DNA of 64,000 nt from a cyanobacterium endosymbiont of Rhopalodia gibba (GCA_045159875.1 CP067995.1:2304001-2368000), one strand, 5' to 3'. Positions 1 through 12,984 are shown, numbered from the stretch's first letter. The notes: generated from the sequence alone by a model not told the origin. Made by a program: numbers and translations.

Positions 1-229
1 TCATGTTTATTGACTTACATACGTCCTTTAGTTTTTTTTTACAAAAATATTTTTAGTTAATAAATTTACTGCTTACTTTTATAGCAAATATGGTCATAAT
101 GTATTTGATTTAATATAACAATTAGCTTAAGTATAAGGCGGCACTGTTTTAAGTGTTACTTACGATAATCGGATTTTGGATATGGCTGCCCGTATTATTA
201 AGCTAGAGTATGGATATCTAGTAACCTAA
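1..229 (+). pseudogene. 3' remnant of DevA-like ABC transporter ATP-binding subunit
   Basis: Manual translation V*GGTVLSVTYDNRILDMAARIIKLEYGYLVT* matches the ABC H-loop/C-terminus of the DevA family (TILMVTHDNRILDVADRIVHMEDG); in-frame stops upstream. Confidence 0.7.
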
Positions 230-337
230 GCTGTTTAGTTTTAACTGTAGTCAGTCTGTAGCTTGGTAGAGTGAGTAAGAGCAATAGAATCTAAAAATCA
301 TCAAGACAAAACGAAATTTTGTGTCTACCTTATAAGG

Positions 338-1621
338 TTACAGGATATCTCGTTTTAAATATTGTTGTAAAACATCAGGAATTTTAACAGTTCCATCAGG
401 TTTTTGATAATTCTCTAAAATAGCAGCCATAGTGCGACCAATTGCCAACCCTGAACCATTTAAAGTATGGACATATTGAGTGCCTTTTTTGTATTTTTCT
501 CTAAAGCGAATATTAGCTCGTCTTCCCTGAAAATCTCCACAATTAGAACAACTTGAAACCTCTCGATAGGTTCCTGAAGATGGCAACCAGACCTCTAAGT
601 CATAACATTTATTCGCTCCAAACCCTAAATCACCCGTACACAATTCCAAAACTCGATATGGCAATTTTAACGCCTTTAAAATGGCTTCAGCGTTGTTCAC
701 TAAACTTTGGTGTTCGGCCTCAGACGTTTGAGGATGAACAATCTTCACTAACTCCACTTTATTAAACTGATGAAGGCGAATTAGTCCACGAGTATCTTTT
801 CCATAACTCCCTGCTTCCCGTCGAAAACAAGGGGTATAGGCACAATGTTTGATGGGAAGTTGTTCTGCTTCCAATATTTCCTCTCGATACAAGTTAGTTA
901 AAGGAACTTCCGCAGTGGGGGCTAACCAGAGGTCATCTTCGCTGCATTTAAAGCTTTCTTCGGCAAATTTTGGTAATTGTCCAGTTCCTTCTAAAGAAAT
1001 ACTATTAATTAAGACAGGGGGCACCACCTCAACATAACCTACCTCTACCTGACGATCAAGCATAAAATTAACTAGAGTACGTTCTAGAGCTGCTCCTGCT
1101 CCTATTAGGGCGATAAAACGACTTTGTGCTATTTTTACCGCCCTTTCTACTTCTAAAATCCCTAATCTTTCGGCCACTTCCCAGTGGGGGAGAACTTCAA
1201 TCCTTGGTAAATATTCGTCTCCCCAGCGACGGATTTCTACATTTTCTGTCTCATTTTTACCTAGGGGAGTCGAGTCACTCGGAAGGTTAGGAAGTTGAAG
1301 TAATAAGGCTTCTATCTCAGCTTTTAATTCTTTTTCTCGGGGTTCTAATGCATTTATTTGTTTTTTTAAGTTATTTCCTTCAATTTTAAGGACTTTAATT
1401 TCTTCCCCTTTGAGTTTACTTCCACTTTTAATCTTCTGTCCAATGAGTTTCCCAATCTCGTTACTACGGGACTGTAATTGGGTTCGAGTAACCTCTAATT
1501 CTCGTGAAGCACGATCACGGTCTAAAATAGAACTTAAATCATATTCACTGTAACCACTGCGACGATTGAGACGTTCTTGAATATATTTTGGATTTTCTCG
1601 AATTTGTTTTAAGTCTAACAC
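338..1621 (-). CDS. serS: Serine--tRNA ligase
   Basis: 427-aa [15 protein letters not shown]-terminus, [21 protein letters not shown] motif 2, [12 protein letters not shown] motif 3. Confidence 0.98.
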   Translation of the reverse strand: MLDLKQIRENPKYIQERLNRRSGYSEYDLSSILDRDRASRELEVTRTQLQSRSNEIGKLIGQKIKSGSKLKGEEIKVLKIEGNNLKKQINALEPREKELKAEIEALLLQLPNLPSDSTPLGKNETENVEIRRWGDEYLPRIEVLPHWEVAERLGILEVERAVKIAQSRFIALIGAGAALERTLVNFMLDRQVEVGYVEVVPPVLINSISLEGTGQLPKFAEESFKCSEDDLWLAPTAEVPLTNLYREEILEAEQLPIKHCAYTPCFRREAGSYGKDTRGLIRLHQFNKVELVKIVHPQTSEAEHQSLVNNAEAILKALKLPYRVLELCTGDLGFGANKCYDLEVWLPSSGTYREVSSCSNCGDFQGRRANIRFREKYKKGTQYVHTLNGSGLAIGRTMAAILENYQKPDGTVKIPDVLQQYLKRDIL

Positions 1622-1750
1622 AGAAGATTCAACTCCTTAGCTCAAATTTTTCCTCTGTTAGGATAGCTGATTTTGGGCAATGTATTGGAATGATCTTTAT
1701 TTATTTTTAGACTCTAGGTTAAACAAGTAAAAAAGTTTTAAAAAAAACAT

Positions 1751-1824
1751 AAATAGGCTAATACTTACCCCATAAAACTACTCTTTAATTATGGGGCATA
1801 AAATTGACAAGCATTAGCCTATTT
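1751..1824 (-). promoter_or_regulatory. Nested inverted repeat ~130 nt upstream of serS (leader structure or terminator)
   Basis: Outer arms aaataggctaat(a)ctt 1751-1766 / aag(c)attagcctattt 1809-1824; inner arms ccccataa / ttatgggg. Confidence 0.4.
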
Positions 1825-3069
1825 TATATAGTACAAATATATTGTTTATTACTACTAAAATATTAAGTAAGATTAAAGTCTGAAATAACTGCAATGTGCA
1901 CACCCTAAATATTATACCATTTCCCGATTCAACTAAACTTACCCCTTTAAGAATATTTTAAACATAAATATTAAAAACTAAGCTATTATTAAAGCAATTC
2001 TCTCGGATAATTAATGAAACTTTATTTTTGTCGTGAACTTCTTCATTCTTCAATCTTTCTGATTTTATAATGGGAGAACGGCTAATAACTCCATTAGAAA
2101 GAATTCCGAGTATTCTTTACAAAACAATCATAAATAGATTTTCTAATAGTTTTCTAAAAGTTATTTTGGTAGTTCTATTTTAATTAGCAACAATACCAGC
2201 TTTTGGTTATTAAAGAATGTAAATATTTTTTCAGAATTATAGAATTAATTATTGCTACTAGCAATATTAGAAGTTCTAATTAAAGTTAGTAAGACTAGAA
2301 TTAAAAAAGCCAAATATAGACAAAAATAACAGTTTAAAACGATTAAGCATTTCTCGTTAAGAGTAGAGTATAATAGTTTACAAAAACTTTTTCTAAAAAA
2401 AAGTTAAATATAATAGCATTAGTTTTTTGATATTTCTAATTATTTTTTTGATAATTTTTTCTATGTTCAAATAGATTCCTTTGTGTCAAAAATATTTAAA
2501 TATAAATAGAACACTTAAATATCAGCATCGATTAACCATCAATCAGGAAATTAATTATGACATTGATTATGAAACAAGTCTTTGTTTCGCTATTGACTGG
2601 GCTATCTTAATTTGAGATAAAATCTAGTTTAGAAAAATCTAGTATAAGATACCCTCAAGAAACCTGCTTAGTTAATTATATGGTCACTATTGTTCTTGTC
2701 TTTTAGCTTAATTATTATCTTTTGACATAATCTTCAGGCACGAACTTATCCAGTAATTATAATAATTTTGTGATAGTTGATAACCATTAGTGGTCGGTAA
2801 CTATTAAATACAGTACACATCTTCTAGTTCTTATGTATAGGAGTGATTGAATGATTGTTTAATTTTTAAGTTTCTCGAGTGAGCTCAACATCGCACAAGA
2901 TTCTATATTTAGTTATGTTAAAGACTAGAGGCGCTCTGTTAAGAATGTTAAAACAATTATTTTTTCATTATCATAAATCTACTGATTCTCGTATGGCACA
3001 AAATAATGTTTATCGAGTATCTTGTACCAAGATTTAATTAAAATTAGTTTTGCTCGATTGTTCTTGTCT

Positions 3070-4122
3070 ATGAAATCACCAATTCTCCCTATCTATCCCG
3101 TCCTCTGGAATGAGGACAAAGTATTGCTCATTGATCAAACGTTATTGCCTCATAAATCTACCTTGCTAGAAATTACCCGTTATGAAGACATGGCTAAAGC
3201 CATTAAAACTATGATTGTCAGGGGAGCGCCAGCTATTGGGATTGCGGCAGCTTATGGTATGTGTTTAGGGGCGAGAGAGATTCGAACAAAACAAGTAGAT
3301 AAGTTTTTAATACATCTTGAAACTGTAGCCCAAAAACTGCGAGAGACTCGCCCTACAGCCGTTAATCTATTTTGGGCAATCTCTCTGATGCTAAGAACAG
3401 CCTATGAAAGTGTAGGAACAGTCGAAGAGATAAAAGAAATTCTACTGAAAACAGCTCAAACTATTCAAACAAAAGATTTACAATCTTGTCATAAAATTGG
3501 TCAGTATGGCTTAGAAGCGTTGCCTAGTAGTCCCCAACAATTAACTCTCCTTACTCACTGTAATGCAGGTGCATTGGCAACAGCTGGATATGGTACAGCC
3601 TTGGGAGTAATTCGTTCGGCTTGGACTAGGGGGAGATTAAAAAGAGTCTACGCGGATGAAACTCGGCCTCGTCTTCAAGGAGCTAAATTAACCGCCTGGG
3701 AATGTGCCCAAGAAGGTATTCCAGTTACTGTCATTAGTGATAACATGGCCGCCCACTGTATGAAACTTAAAAAAATTGATGCAGTGGTAGTGGGGGCTGA
3801 TAGAATTGCCGCTAATGGGGATACTGCTAATAAAATTGGGACATATGCTCTAGCAGTTGTAGCAAAAATGCACAGTGTGCCCTTTTTTGTTGCAGCCCCT
3901 TTATCTACAATTGACTTTGACTTAGAGAACGGAGATAAAATTCCTATCGAGGAACGTCATCCATCTGAAATTTACCAAGTAGGAGAGACTCAACTTTGTC
4001 CTAAGGGCGTTGATTATTATAATCCAGCTTTCGACATCACGCCAGCCAGTTTAATCGACGCAATTTTTACAGAAACAGGGGTTATTAAACCGAATGAACT
4101 TTTGATGCTCAAAAAAGGTTAA
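3070..4122 (+). CDS. mtnA: S-methyl-5-thioribose-1-phosphate isomerase
   Basis: [36 protein letters not shown] and [15 protein letters not shown] motifs; in-frame ATG at 3070 preferred over TTG at 3022. Confidence 0.96.
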   Translation: MKSPILPIYPVLWNEDKVLLIDQTLLPHKSTLLEITRYEDMAKAIKTMIVRGAPAIGIAAAYGMCLGAREIRTKQVDKFLIHLETVAQKLRETRPTAVNLFWAISLMLRTAYESVGTVEEIKEILLKTAQTIQTKDLQSCHKIGQYGLEALPSSPQQLTLLTHCNAGALATAGYGTALGVIRSAWTRGRLKRVYADETRPRLQGAKLTAWECAQEGIPVTVISDNMAAHCMKLKKIDAVVVGADRIAANGDTANKIGTYALAVVAKMHSVPFFVAAPLSTIDFDLENGDKIPIEERHPSEIYQVGETQLCPKGVDYYNPAFDITPASLIDAIFTETGVIKPNELLMLKKG

Positions 4123-4325
4123 TTACCGTCACTAAGTGCACTTATAGCAATAGTTATAGTTATCTAATTGCTCAGACATTTTTCACTAAAGTGTTTGGTT
4201 AACTGTTGCGATTGTAGTTCTTCTGAACTGATTTTACAATCTAAATTTAGATGTGAGCTAAAAATATGAAACAATAAGAGAAATTTGATTAAATTCTGAA
4301 TAGCCAATCATCATAACGAAATTCT

Positions 4326-4847
4326 ATGTCCACTGTAACTAGTACTGATACGACTCAGACCTCTCAAGAGTTAAGTAAAGACAAACAAGAATCAATAGAA
4401 AATTTTTCCATTAAAACAACTTTTACAGTTCAAGAAATCCAAGAATTACTTCCCCATCGCTATCCTTTTGCATTGGTTGATCGCATTATTGATTATGTCC
4501 CTAGAGAAAAAGCTGTCGGAATTAAAAATGTGACCATTAATGAGCAGTTTTTCACGGGACATATTCCAGCTCGTCCTATTATGCCAGGAGTATTAATTAT
4601 AGAATCGATGGCGCAAGTTGGAGGGGTTATTTTAACTTTACTTCCTGAGATGAAAGGCCAATTTTTTGCCTTTGCAGGTATTGATAAAGTACGTTTTCGT
4701 CTTCCTGTAGTTCCGGGAGATCAATTAGTTATGACGGTAGAATTATTAAGTTTTAAACGGAATCGTATTGCTAAAATGAAAGGGCAAAGTGTAGTTGATA
4801 AACAAGTAGTTACACAAGCAGAGATGTTATTTTCTAGAATTGATTAA
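4326..4847 (+). CDS. fabZ: 3-hydroxyacyl-ACP dehydratase FabZ
   Basis: [37 protein letters not shown] motifs. Confidence 0.97.
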   Translation: MSTVTSTDTTQTSQELSKDKQESIENFSIKTTFTVQEIQELLPHRYPFALVDRIIDYVPREKAVGIKNVTINEQFFTGHIPARPIMPGVLIIESMAQVGGVILTLLPEMKGQFFAFAGIDKVRFRLPVVPGDQLVMTVELLSFKRNRIAKMKGQSVVDKQVVTQAEMLFSRID

Positions 4848-4889
4848 CCACTGAAAATTTATAGTAGAAAACTTAAAATTTTAAGATAG

Positions 4890-5900
4890 ACTAAAATCCT
4901 AGTGAATATACATAATTATTCTTATCAGTCATGCAACTATTAAAGTATTACTTAAATAATACAAATAAAAAGATAACGTTGTTCTTGTTGCTGCTGTCGG
5001 AATCCTAAATAATAGTTAAATTAGGACTAACGGTAATCTCAGTTAAGACAATACTCAAGATTTCTCCAGTCATTAAATTCTCGTCTGATCACAAAATTAA
5101 ATTTTCTATAGTTTGATTTATCGGTACTCAATCTCCGAATAATAACTGTTGAAGATTACATTTTAATATTTATCCCTGCATAAATCAATAATGGAGTAGA
5201 AAATACTAAAGTGACAACAGAGTTGAAAACTGCTTTATAGCTACTCATACTGAATCCAGTAACCGAGTTGATTACTAAAAAGTTAACAACAAAAAAATAC
5301 GTTCTTAATTACTTCCAATGAATTATTTTCAAAATAATCATAGTTTTATGACTATACAGCTGCCATTTTACATACATCTTATCTTTCTCTTTCTAAGGAA
5401 TCAAAAATATTATTAACAGTTACGTTCTATAAGAAATTTTTTGCGCGCTATACAATGGGTAAAGCTGATAAGTTTTAATGTTAAATTAATCGAGAAAATT
5501 ATTATTAAAGAGTGTCCAGATAAAAATATACTATATTCCTTTTCAGGATTTTTTGTAAAACTTGCTCAGGATAAGCTATTATCAAATACTTTAAGGAGAT
5601 AATTTTTAGTAGTTGGTTCAAGTTGTCTGTTTTGTCCCAAAAAAATTGACCTCAGATACTTTAACTAATTAGCATATTTCTCTTTGAACTTTCTCTGCTG
5701 TTAATGTCTAAGTACGTTGGGTATATTGAGAAGTCATAAGGTGCCCTGTAAGTAACAATGAGGTGACTTTTAACTTTAGGTTTATCAAGAGTTAATTATC
5801 TTATGAACCACTATACAAGTTTCAACGGTAATTCATTAAACAATTAAATCCGATACATTAGAGAAAATACTGTATATAAGTCAAAATACGACGAGGTTGA
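4890..5900 (-). pseudogene. Degraded second copy of magnesium transporter MgtE
   Basis: Minus-strand fragments KVTSLLLTGHLMTSQY, LSALPIV*..VTVNNIFDSLE..KMAAV, INSVTGFSMSSYKAVFNSVVTLVFSTPLLIYAG..SSTVIIRRLST are collinear with the intact MgtE at 6823-8211; many stops and frameshifts. Confidence 0.85.
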
Positions 5901-6822
5901 TAATTATCTGAGATAGTAATCGTTAATATTCAAAAATAGTCAAAACCTCTCTTATTCTTTAATAATAACAGAGGGCAAGGAAGACTTACTAGTTAACCAT
6001 AAGTCGAGAGAAGGGTTTTAGGCAAATATGTATGAACTATCAGTCGAGTAAAAAAATCAACAAAACAGTTCTAAGTATTTTAACATTAAATATGAGAGAT
6101 GTTTTTAAGTGGGTCGTCAATTATTTCAAGAATAAAACACTTGTAAAATACAATTCTGTTAATTGATTTTACTAACTATTTATTTAGCTTATATTTATAA
6201 TAAGTAATTAATTGAAGTCCTTGTTAATAGAGTCTTTAAAATAATTTTCAAAAAATATGTCCCCGGTATCTCAATAATTTATTGATCAAATCTTCCCTTA
6301 ACCAAAAAACAAGTTTCCAGTCATCTATGTTGCCCGAAGTTAACTTAAAAGCTAGTAATTCACCGCGGTTGTTTATATACTTTATACAATCCTACAGAAT
6401 TTTTGTCCCATCTAATTAAGTCTTCAAAAATTTTGTGTATTCTACTGTAAGATTCATGAAACCTATCGTAGTAGAATTGATAAAACTAATTAGTGTGATT
6501 TTTATTGACGAGCAAGAAAAACTCTTAAATGAGAAGCTAAATAGATTTTCAATATTAGTCAAAAAAAAGAGCCTATAAATTTATCAAACTTGTTAATTTT
6601 CAGCTTTAAAGTTTATTTATTTAGTATTTCACTAGTTATTTCTACATCACAAGTTCGATAAAACTTTAACAAAAAAGATGGTGCCTCTTTATAGTTTTTT
6701 GTTCTAGTAATAATCCAAGTTAACAACAGACGATATCTTTAAGATTACTTTTTGAAACTAAAAAAACTATATTTGATGTATTTATTATTAATATTTGACT
6801 ATATTTATTACGGATAGTATCT

Positions 6823-8211
6823 TTAGATACCTAGAAACAGTTGGGCCAAATTGAGATAAATGATAATTCCTAAAATATCAACAATAGTAGTAATAAAAGG
6901 AGCAGACATTAAAGCAGGATCTAAACCAAAAGACTTAAAAATATAGGGAAATGCTGCCCCAGCTGTTGCAGCAATTATAGTAATTACTAATAAACTTATT
7001 CCTACCGTCAAACCCACTTCTTGGTGTCCCAAAAATAAGAAAATACCAATGATAACTAATGGTCCTAAAACAATTCCCAATAATGCACCACTAATTAATT
7101 CACGAATAATAACACTAATAGGTTTTTTGTCCCTTAAAGCTTCTGTACTTAATCCACGAATAACAACAGTCGAAGATTGTGCTCCCACATTTCCTCCTGC
7201 GCCAATTAGTAAAGGGGTAAAAAAAGCTAGGGCAACAGCTTCATCTAATACCGCTTTATACTGACTTAGAATAATTACCGTTACTGAATTAGTTATTAAC
7301 AATAATAACAGCCAAGGAATCCGTTTTTTTACTACTTCAAACAGTCCCACTTGAAAGTAGTTATCTCCTTGAGATTCTACCGCTACCATTTTATAAAAAT
7401 CTTCAGTCGCTTCTTCTTGTATTATGTCAATAACATCATCAACAGTAATAACTCCTAAAAGATTTTCATCTTTATCCACAATTGGTAAAGCTAATAAGTC
7501 ATAACGTTGAATAAGTCTAGCAACTTCTTCTTGATCAGTATTAGTATAAGTATAAATTACATCCTGTGTCATGATTTCCCCCAAAGTTTGATCCGGTTCA
7601 GCAATAATTAAATCTTTAAGGGATAAAATGCCAATGAGACGTTTATTAGTATCCGTCACATAAATGTAATAATTAACTTCTGATTTATGAGCTAATGTTC
7701 TTAGTTTTTCTTGTACTTGGGTTGCAGTCAAATGTTCTTTAAAGGCAATATATTCAGGGGTCATAAGTCGTCCTGCATTGTCGCTTTGGTAACCTAATAG
7801 AAGAGCGGTGACCTCTCGTTCTTTTGGGGCAATTTGAGCAATTAACCTTCGGACTAATTTAGGGGGTAATTCATCAAATAATTTAGCCCGATCATCCGGA
7901 GACATATCATTAACAATAGCGATGGCTTCTTGATCATGAAATTCTTTAATTAATGATTGTTGTACTATCGGATCAAGATATTCATAAACATCTATTGCTT
8001 CTGATTTTTTCAAAAGACGAAAAGCTATTATCTGTAAGGTTTTTGGCAAGTCTTCAATTGCTTCAGCAATATCCACAGGTTGAACAGGAACAAGCAAAGT
8101 TTTAACCCCTTCATAATTTTTCTGCTCCAGTAAAAGTTGAAGTTGGACGCGAACTAATTCTCTAAGTTTACTATGAGAACCAATAGAAGTGGACGTATCA
8201 GCATTCATCAT
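6823..8211 (-). CDS. mgtE: Magnesium transporter MgtE
   Basis: 462 aa; N-domain, CBS pair (AGRLMTPEY), GGNVGAQSST and LDPALMSAPFITTIVD transmembrane motifs. Confidence 0.96.
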   Translation of the reverse strand: MMNADTSTSIGSHSKLRELVRVQLQLLLEQKNYEGVKTLLVPVQPVDIAEAIEDLPKTLQIIAFRLLKKSEAIDVYEYLDPIVQQSLIKEFHDQEAIAIVNDMSPDDRAKLFDELPPKLVRRLIAQIAPKEREVTALLLGYQSDNAGRLMTPEYIAFKEHLTATQVQEKLRTLAHKSEVNYYIYVTDTNKRLIGILSLKDLIIAEPDQTLGEIMTQDVIYTYTNTDQEEVARLIQRYDLLALPIVDKDENLLGVITVDDVIDIIQEEATEDFYKMVAVESQGDNYFQVGLFEVVKKRIPWLLLLLITNSVTVIILSQYKAVLDEAVALAFFTPLLIGAGGNVGAQSSTVVIRGLSTEALRDKKPISVIIRELISGALLGIVLGPLVIIGIFLFLGHQEVGLTVGISLLVITIIAATAGAAFPYIFKSFGLDPALMSAPFITTIVDILGIIIYLNLAQLFLGI

Positions 8212-8585
8212 TATTAATACTCCTTTATTTATAGGTTTAGACTTTACTTAGTTTAAAGGCAAAACAGCTTATTTTCTTCGCAAATTATTTAAGCCCTGAT
8301 TATTAAGTTCCAATATTTTGTCTCTATCCTTTTTAAAAATTAAGAATTTTTATTTTTACAAGAATTCATGGTGATTAATTATTTTATTTTTTTACTTCAT
8401 TAACAAAAAATAAAACTCTCAGATGAAAATAAGGAAAATATTTTATATATTACGAATATCCTTGATTATGGTAAGATAGTAAGTGAAGGAAAACCTGATT
8501 ATGTCATAGTAAGGTATAGAATACAACCTTTATAAAAGTGGTTAGTCAATCCGAACTTTTTAGCAGATTTAGTAATGAATTAGGC

Positions 8586-9116
8586 ATGAAACATACCCTA
8601 TCTGTTTTAGTTGAAGACGAAGCCGGGGTTTTAACTCGAATTGCAGGCTTATTTGCTCGTCGTGGCTTTAATATTGAAAGTTTAGCTGTCGGTCCTACTG
8701 AAACAGTGGGAATCTCCCGTATAATTATGGTTGTCCCTGGAGATAATGACAGCATTGAGCAGTTGACTAAACAACTGTACAAGCTAATTAACGTCCTTAA
8801 AGTTAATAATATTACTCAGACTCCCTGCGTAGAACGGGAATTGATACTCGTTAAAGTTAATGCATCGGCCTCTAATCGTGTCGAAGTAATTGAACTAGCC
8901 CAGGTGTTTCGAGCTAGAATTGTCGACATTTCTGAGGAGACAGTTACCATCGAAGTAGTCGGTGATCCTGGTAAAATAGTAGCCATTGTCCAAATGTTAA
9001 ACAAATTTGGGCTTAAAGAAGTAGCACGAACTGGAAAAATTGCCCTAGTACGGGAATCTGGCGTTAACACAGAATATCTAAAATCCCTCGATGCAAAACT
9101 TCAAAGTTTTTCTTGA
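8586..9116 (+). CDS. ilvN: Acetolactate synthase small (regulatory) subunit
   Basis: [39 protein letters not shown] domain; ATG at 8586. Confidence 0.96.
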   Translation: MKHTLSVLVEDEAGVLTRIAGLFARRGFNIESLAVGPTETVGISRIIMVVPGDNDSIEQLTKQLYKLINVLKVNNITQTPCVERELILVKVNASASNRVEVIELAQVFRARIVDISEETVTIEVVGDPGKIVAIVQMLNKFGLKEVARTGKIALVRESGVNTEYLKSLDAKLQSFS

Positions 9117-9316
9117 TAAATTGATTGGAGTAGGTTTTCCAATTGTTCCTCTCTACAAAGTTCAATCAGCTCATAGAAAGCCTCCAATAATTTTGCACAA
9201 CTATCTCCATGCATGGGGCTTAACCCCCAAACATCGTCGACCCAATCTTGTGGACGAATATCCTCAAAAATCAGGCGTTCTAGAAGTTGTTTGACTTCGG
9301 CTTTGGAAATGTTCAT
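9101..9316 (-). CDS. Small cyanobacterial hypothetical protein (71 aa)
   Basis: [34 protein letters not shown]...; protein-like composition; convergent 16-bp overlap with ilvN. Confidence 0.65.
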   Translation of the reverse strand: MNISKAEVKQLLERLIFEDIRPQDWVDDVWGLSPMHGDSCAKLLEAFYELIELCREEQLENLLQSIYQEKL

Positions 9317-9742
9317 TTTCGTTAAAAATAACTTCATTATTATCATAATGACCGAAAAAGTAGAGAGTGCAAGCCTCCAGTTCTTAACCATGAAGATAGG
9401 CTTGACAGGCCATTTATTGCAGCCTCACAAAATCTATACTAGCTTATATTGACGCCAACAAAATCAGCACTAAATGATAGTCTATAAATTTAGAGTCGAA
9501 GAAAGAAGCCATCAATATCAAGCCATTGGCGAGAACATAAGAAAAGTTGAATTTATCCGTAATAAATACTTACAATTCCAGAATATTCTAAATAGAGCAT
9601 TGGATACAATGGGCGGCACCGAACCAGCCCTCAGGTGTAAACGCTTGTAGAGACCGGTCCTTTACTATCGATGATTCACCGCAGTTATAGCAAGATAAAT
9701 CTTTAAAAAAGGAATTCCCCGAATCATATTTAGTGGCAAATC

Positions 9743-10108
9743 TTAATCCAACTCATATTGTTTTAAGTCTCTAAAAGAAACTATTTCTAATGCTCTGACA
9801 TGAGTTGCTTCGAGGATAATTCGGGGAGCAACTCCAACGTCAAAGGCTTCTTGCCAGCGTGACGCACACAAACACCAGCGATCACCTGGTTTTAACCCAG
9901 GGAAATTGTACTGAGGAATAGGAGTGCTAAGATCATTACCTTGAGACTTAGTGAACTCAAGAAAGGTTGAACTCATTTGGGCACAAACGACATGGACCCC
10001 ATAGTCTTGACCCCCTGTACGACAATAGCCGTCTCGATAATATCCCGTCATCGGGGAAGTGCAACATGCAATCAATTTAGTCCCCAAGACGTTTTTAGGT
10101 TCTGTCAT
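9743..10108 (-). CDS. DUF2237 family protein
   Basis: NVLG..L..CCTSPMTGYYRDGYC, GNDLSTP, FPGLKPGDRWCLCASRW motifs. Confidence 0.92.
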   Translation of the reverse strand: MTEPKNVLGTKLIACCTSPMTGYYRDGYCRTGGQDYGVHVVCAQMSSTFLEFTKSQGNDLSTPIPQYNFPGLKPGDRWCLCASRWQEAFDVGVAPRIILEATHVRALEIVSFRDLKQYELD

Positions 10109-10299
10109 CTCCGTACTCCTATTCAGAGAATTACATCTGAAATGATCGTATCATATCAATATTAGTGTCATAAAATATGGATTAAACTTAATTCAAATAC
10201 ATTTGAATCAATTCATTATTCAGTTATCAGAAGATGTAAAAAGAATAATGAACTCCTCATGCTGAAATTTGGAAGTAAGTGACATAAGTAGTTCATTGG

Positions 10300-11750
10300 C
10301 AAAAAAATCATTATTTTATACAATTTTTGTACTGTAACAAAAGTCCTAACATCAGTCTTTAAAAAGATAGTGAACTTCTCATTTTATATTGATAAATTGA
10401 GCTTAATGGCGCTTATATTCATACTCTCAATGGAAAGTAATCCTAAAAAACTGATTTATTCTTAGAAACTAGAAAAATTTTTACTGTTATGGAAGACATC
10501 GTCAGGCAACATTATGGGCTATAATAAGCCGACTTAGTGAGGCTAGATTTATACTGCTAATGGTTATTTAATTCATTAATTTATACAGTCGAAAACCAAT
10601 TAATGGACCAATAAATATTAATATATCTAACGTTTCTTCATATTCATTGAAAATATTGAGCCAGTTAGAATGATTTGGCTAGCTAGTTAAGTTAAAGCTC
10701 GTCTGTTTTTGTATTTAGTCACTTAATGATATAGCTTCTCCAAATTATCAATAAATACTCTTAGATCTTGTTAAACAATTAAACTGCTATAAACTAGCCT
10801 ATCTTGATTTCTTTAATAGATTAGCTTTTAACTTTTATGAGTGTAAAGTTTGAAAATATATTTGCTAATCACTTAATTAAAAATTGTGGTTACACCCAAA
10901 AAATACTAAAAAAGCGATAAGAGAGAAAGATACAGATGATCAAAAAAATCTTTATATATTGGAAATTATAATTTATCAGAAAGTTTTATTAATGGTTAGT
11001 CTTTCAAAGGCTAAATCAGGTGTAGAAAACTAGTATTTTATCCCTAAATAAGATCATATCTATTTTTTTTATCATTAAATCTAATTTAATTAAGATAATT
11101 TAATTGGATTTAAACTTTCTTAAAAAAAACGAGTATAGATACTCATATCATAAAAAGGCTCTAATTCTAGACTAAATCTGTCTTAAAAATCAAACTTAAC
11201 TAATAAATTTAACTATTATGATGTTATCTATTGCCTTTTCAGCTTGCTAAATTGTAATCTTTAAATCAAAATAGCTTGTCTAGACTAGCAATGACAAAAT
11301 TATCATAAACAAAACCTAAAAGTCTTGCTTTGCAAGGTCTCCAAAATTATAAAAGCTTTATTCTTATAAGGATAAAGTTTTTGTAGTTATAGAATACTCT
11401 CAGAATGAGAGTTTTATAATTTATTGGCTGCCAATTTATCATCCCTAGTCTAGAAGTGGCATTGAAACCTAATAATTGTATACTAAGAGTCATTATAATT
11501 TAGAGAAAAAACTTACCTTGAGTTCGAAGACATGCTGCCTAATTCTCTGAAGGCGATTAGCTAGATCAATGATGGACTTAAAAATAATCGATGACTTTGA
11601 TATTGATTTTAGCTTTAGAAAACTAATTAAATTTTATTTAACTTATTGATATGTCAGCAATTTATTATTGATTTAATAATTAAAATATCAACAACATACT
11701 GTCGAATTTCATGTTTAAATTCTTAAAAATCAAACCTAGTCGTCTTTGTG
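10300..11750 (+). pseudogene. Possible heavily eroded GGDEF-EAL (c-di-GMP) protein
   Basis: AIISRLSEARFILL near 10515-10560 (cf. ARLGGDEFILL) and MDLKIIDDFDIDFSFRKLIKF near 11570-11635 (cf. GIKISIDDFGTGYSSLSYLKKF), in the expected order and spacing. Confidence 0.4.
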
Positions 11751-12483
11751 ATTTTTACAGATAAATATGGTTATTATTTCTATCAGTTTTGTATACATCA
11801 CTAAAACAGAAACTAAGTTTCTTATGTCGCTCAAAAACTTCTTATAAGATTTACTGATAATTTTTTACTCTTTAAATCTCTCCATGACCTCACAAAATAA
11901 AATTATCTCTCTTACTAATTTATAATATTGTTTTTTTTTTAAAAAATATTATAAATACTGAATTACTATTAAGTATTTTACTTTGATCTAAAACAACATT
12001 CGGTTTAGAAATTAAATAGTTAATGCTGGTTTAAAGTTGACATTATTCCTCATAATATGTCTAATAATTTAGAAAAAATAATATAAATTTATATCATAGA
12101 GATAAAAGAATCTTAGTCATAAAAGAGTCGAGATAAAGCCCAATATACTTAAGTAATTAATACTAAAAATTAGTGAAACAATAAAAAAAAGACATCTATC
12201 TTAAAATATAAAGACTTTAAAAAAATTCCTATACGAATTAGAGCTAATTTCTAAGATGGATTAAAACATAAAGGAAATTGAGTTGAAATCAAGTTTCACC
12301 CTAAACTTAGATAACAAAACTTATTAGACATAAGATAACAGTAAACAGTTAACCAAATAATTCAAAGTAGGATTTAACGGTCATTGCCTCATCAGCTGAT
12401 AACTAATGTTAAGATACAAAACCTGGCAGATATTGTTAAATTAAAGATTAGACATAATCAATCACTCATAGGAGACAAGTATT

Positions 12484-12984
12484 ATGGCTTGGCGTGGTTC
12501 TATAGAAATTAAGGATCGCATTTTTGGAACCTTGGTTTATTGTTTCGCTATTTTCGATGCAATATTTTTTAGTACCTTTTTAGTTAACCAATTTCCTCTT
12601 TTTAGCTTCTTTTTACTACCAGGGTTTCCCATTGCAGTTGTTTACAGATTTTCCGTTCAATTGTTTGGGATGTTTGGTAGTTTTCTAGTTTTTATGATCC
12701 TTTTTTTGGGAATAGTTCGAAATGATAGGATCAGCCACTTTGTCCGCTACAATACTATGCAGACTATTCTGATTGGAATTCTACTATCGCTGATTCAACT
12801 AATTATGCAATGGGCTCTCATTCCTGCTTTTGGCAATAGTGGTCTATTTATAGAAACTCTGTATAACGTTGTATTTCTAGGTTCCATTGCAGCTTCCTAC
12901 TATTCAATGATTCAATCAGTTTTAGGGCGTTACGCTGAAATTCCTACGATTTCTGAGGCGGCATATTCCCAAGTTCGTTACTAG
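12484..12984 (+). CDS. Tic20/Ycf60 family membrane protein
   Basis: MAWRGS..DRIF..LVY, VRNDRISHFVRYNTMQTILI, GRYAEIPTISEAAYSQV; AGGAG RBS upstream. Confidence 0.9.
   Translation: MAWRGSIEIKDRIFGTLVYCFAIFDAIFFSTFLVNQFPLFSFFLLPGFPIAVVYRFSVQLFGMFGSFLVFMILFLGIVRNDRISHFVRYNTMQTILIGILLSLIQLIMQWALIPAFGNSGLFIETLYNVVFLGSIAASYYSMIQSVLGRYAEIPTISEAAYSQVRY

Noticed and set aside
9400..9730. GC-richer stretch with a minus-strand frame containing CYNC...CIQC
   Set aside because: No start in that frame, early stop and no family recognised; probably an unidentified pseudogene.
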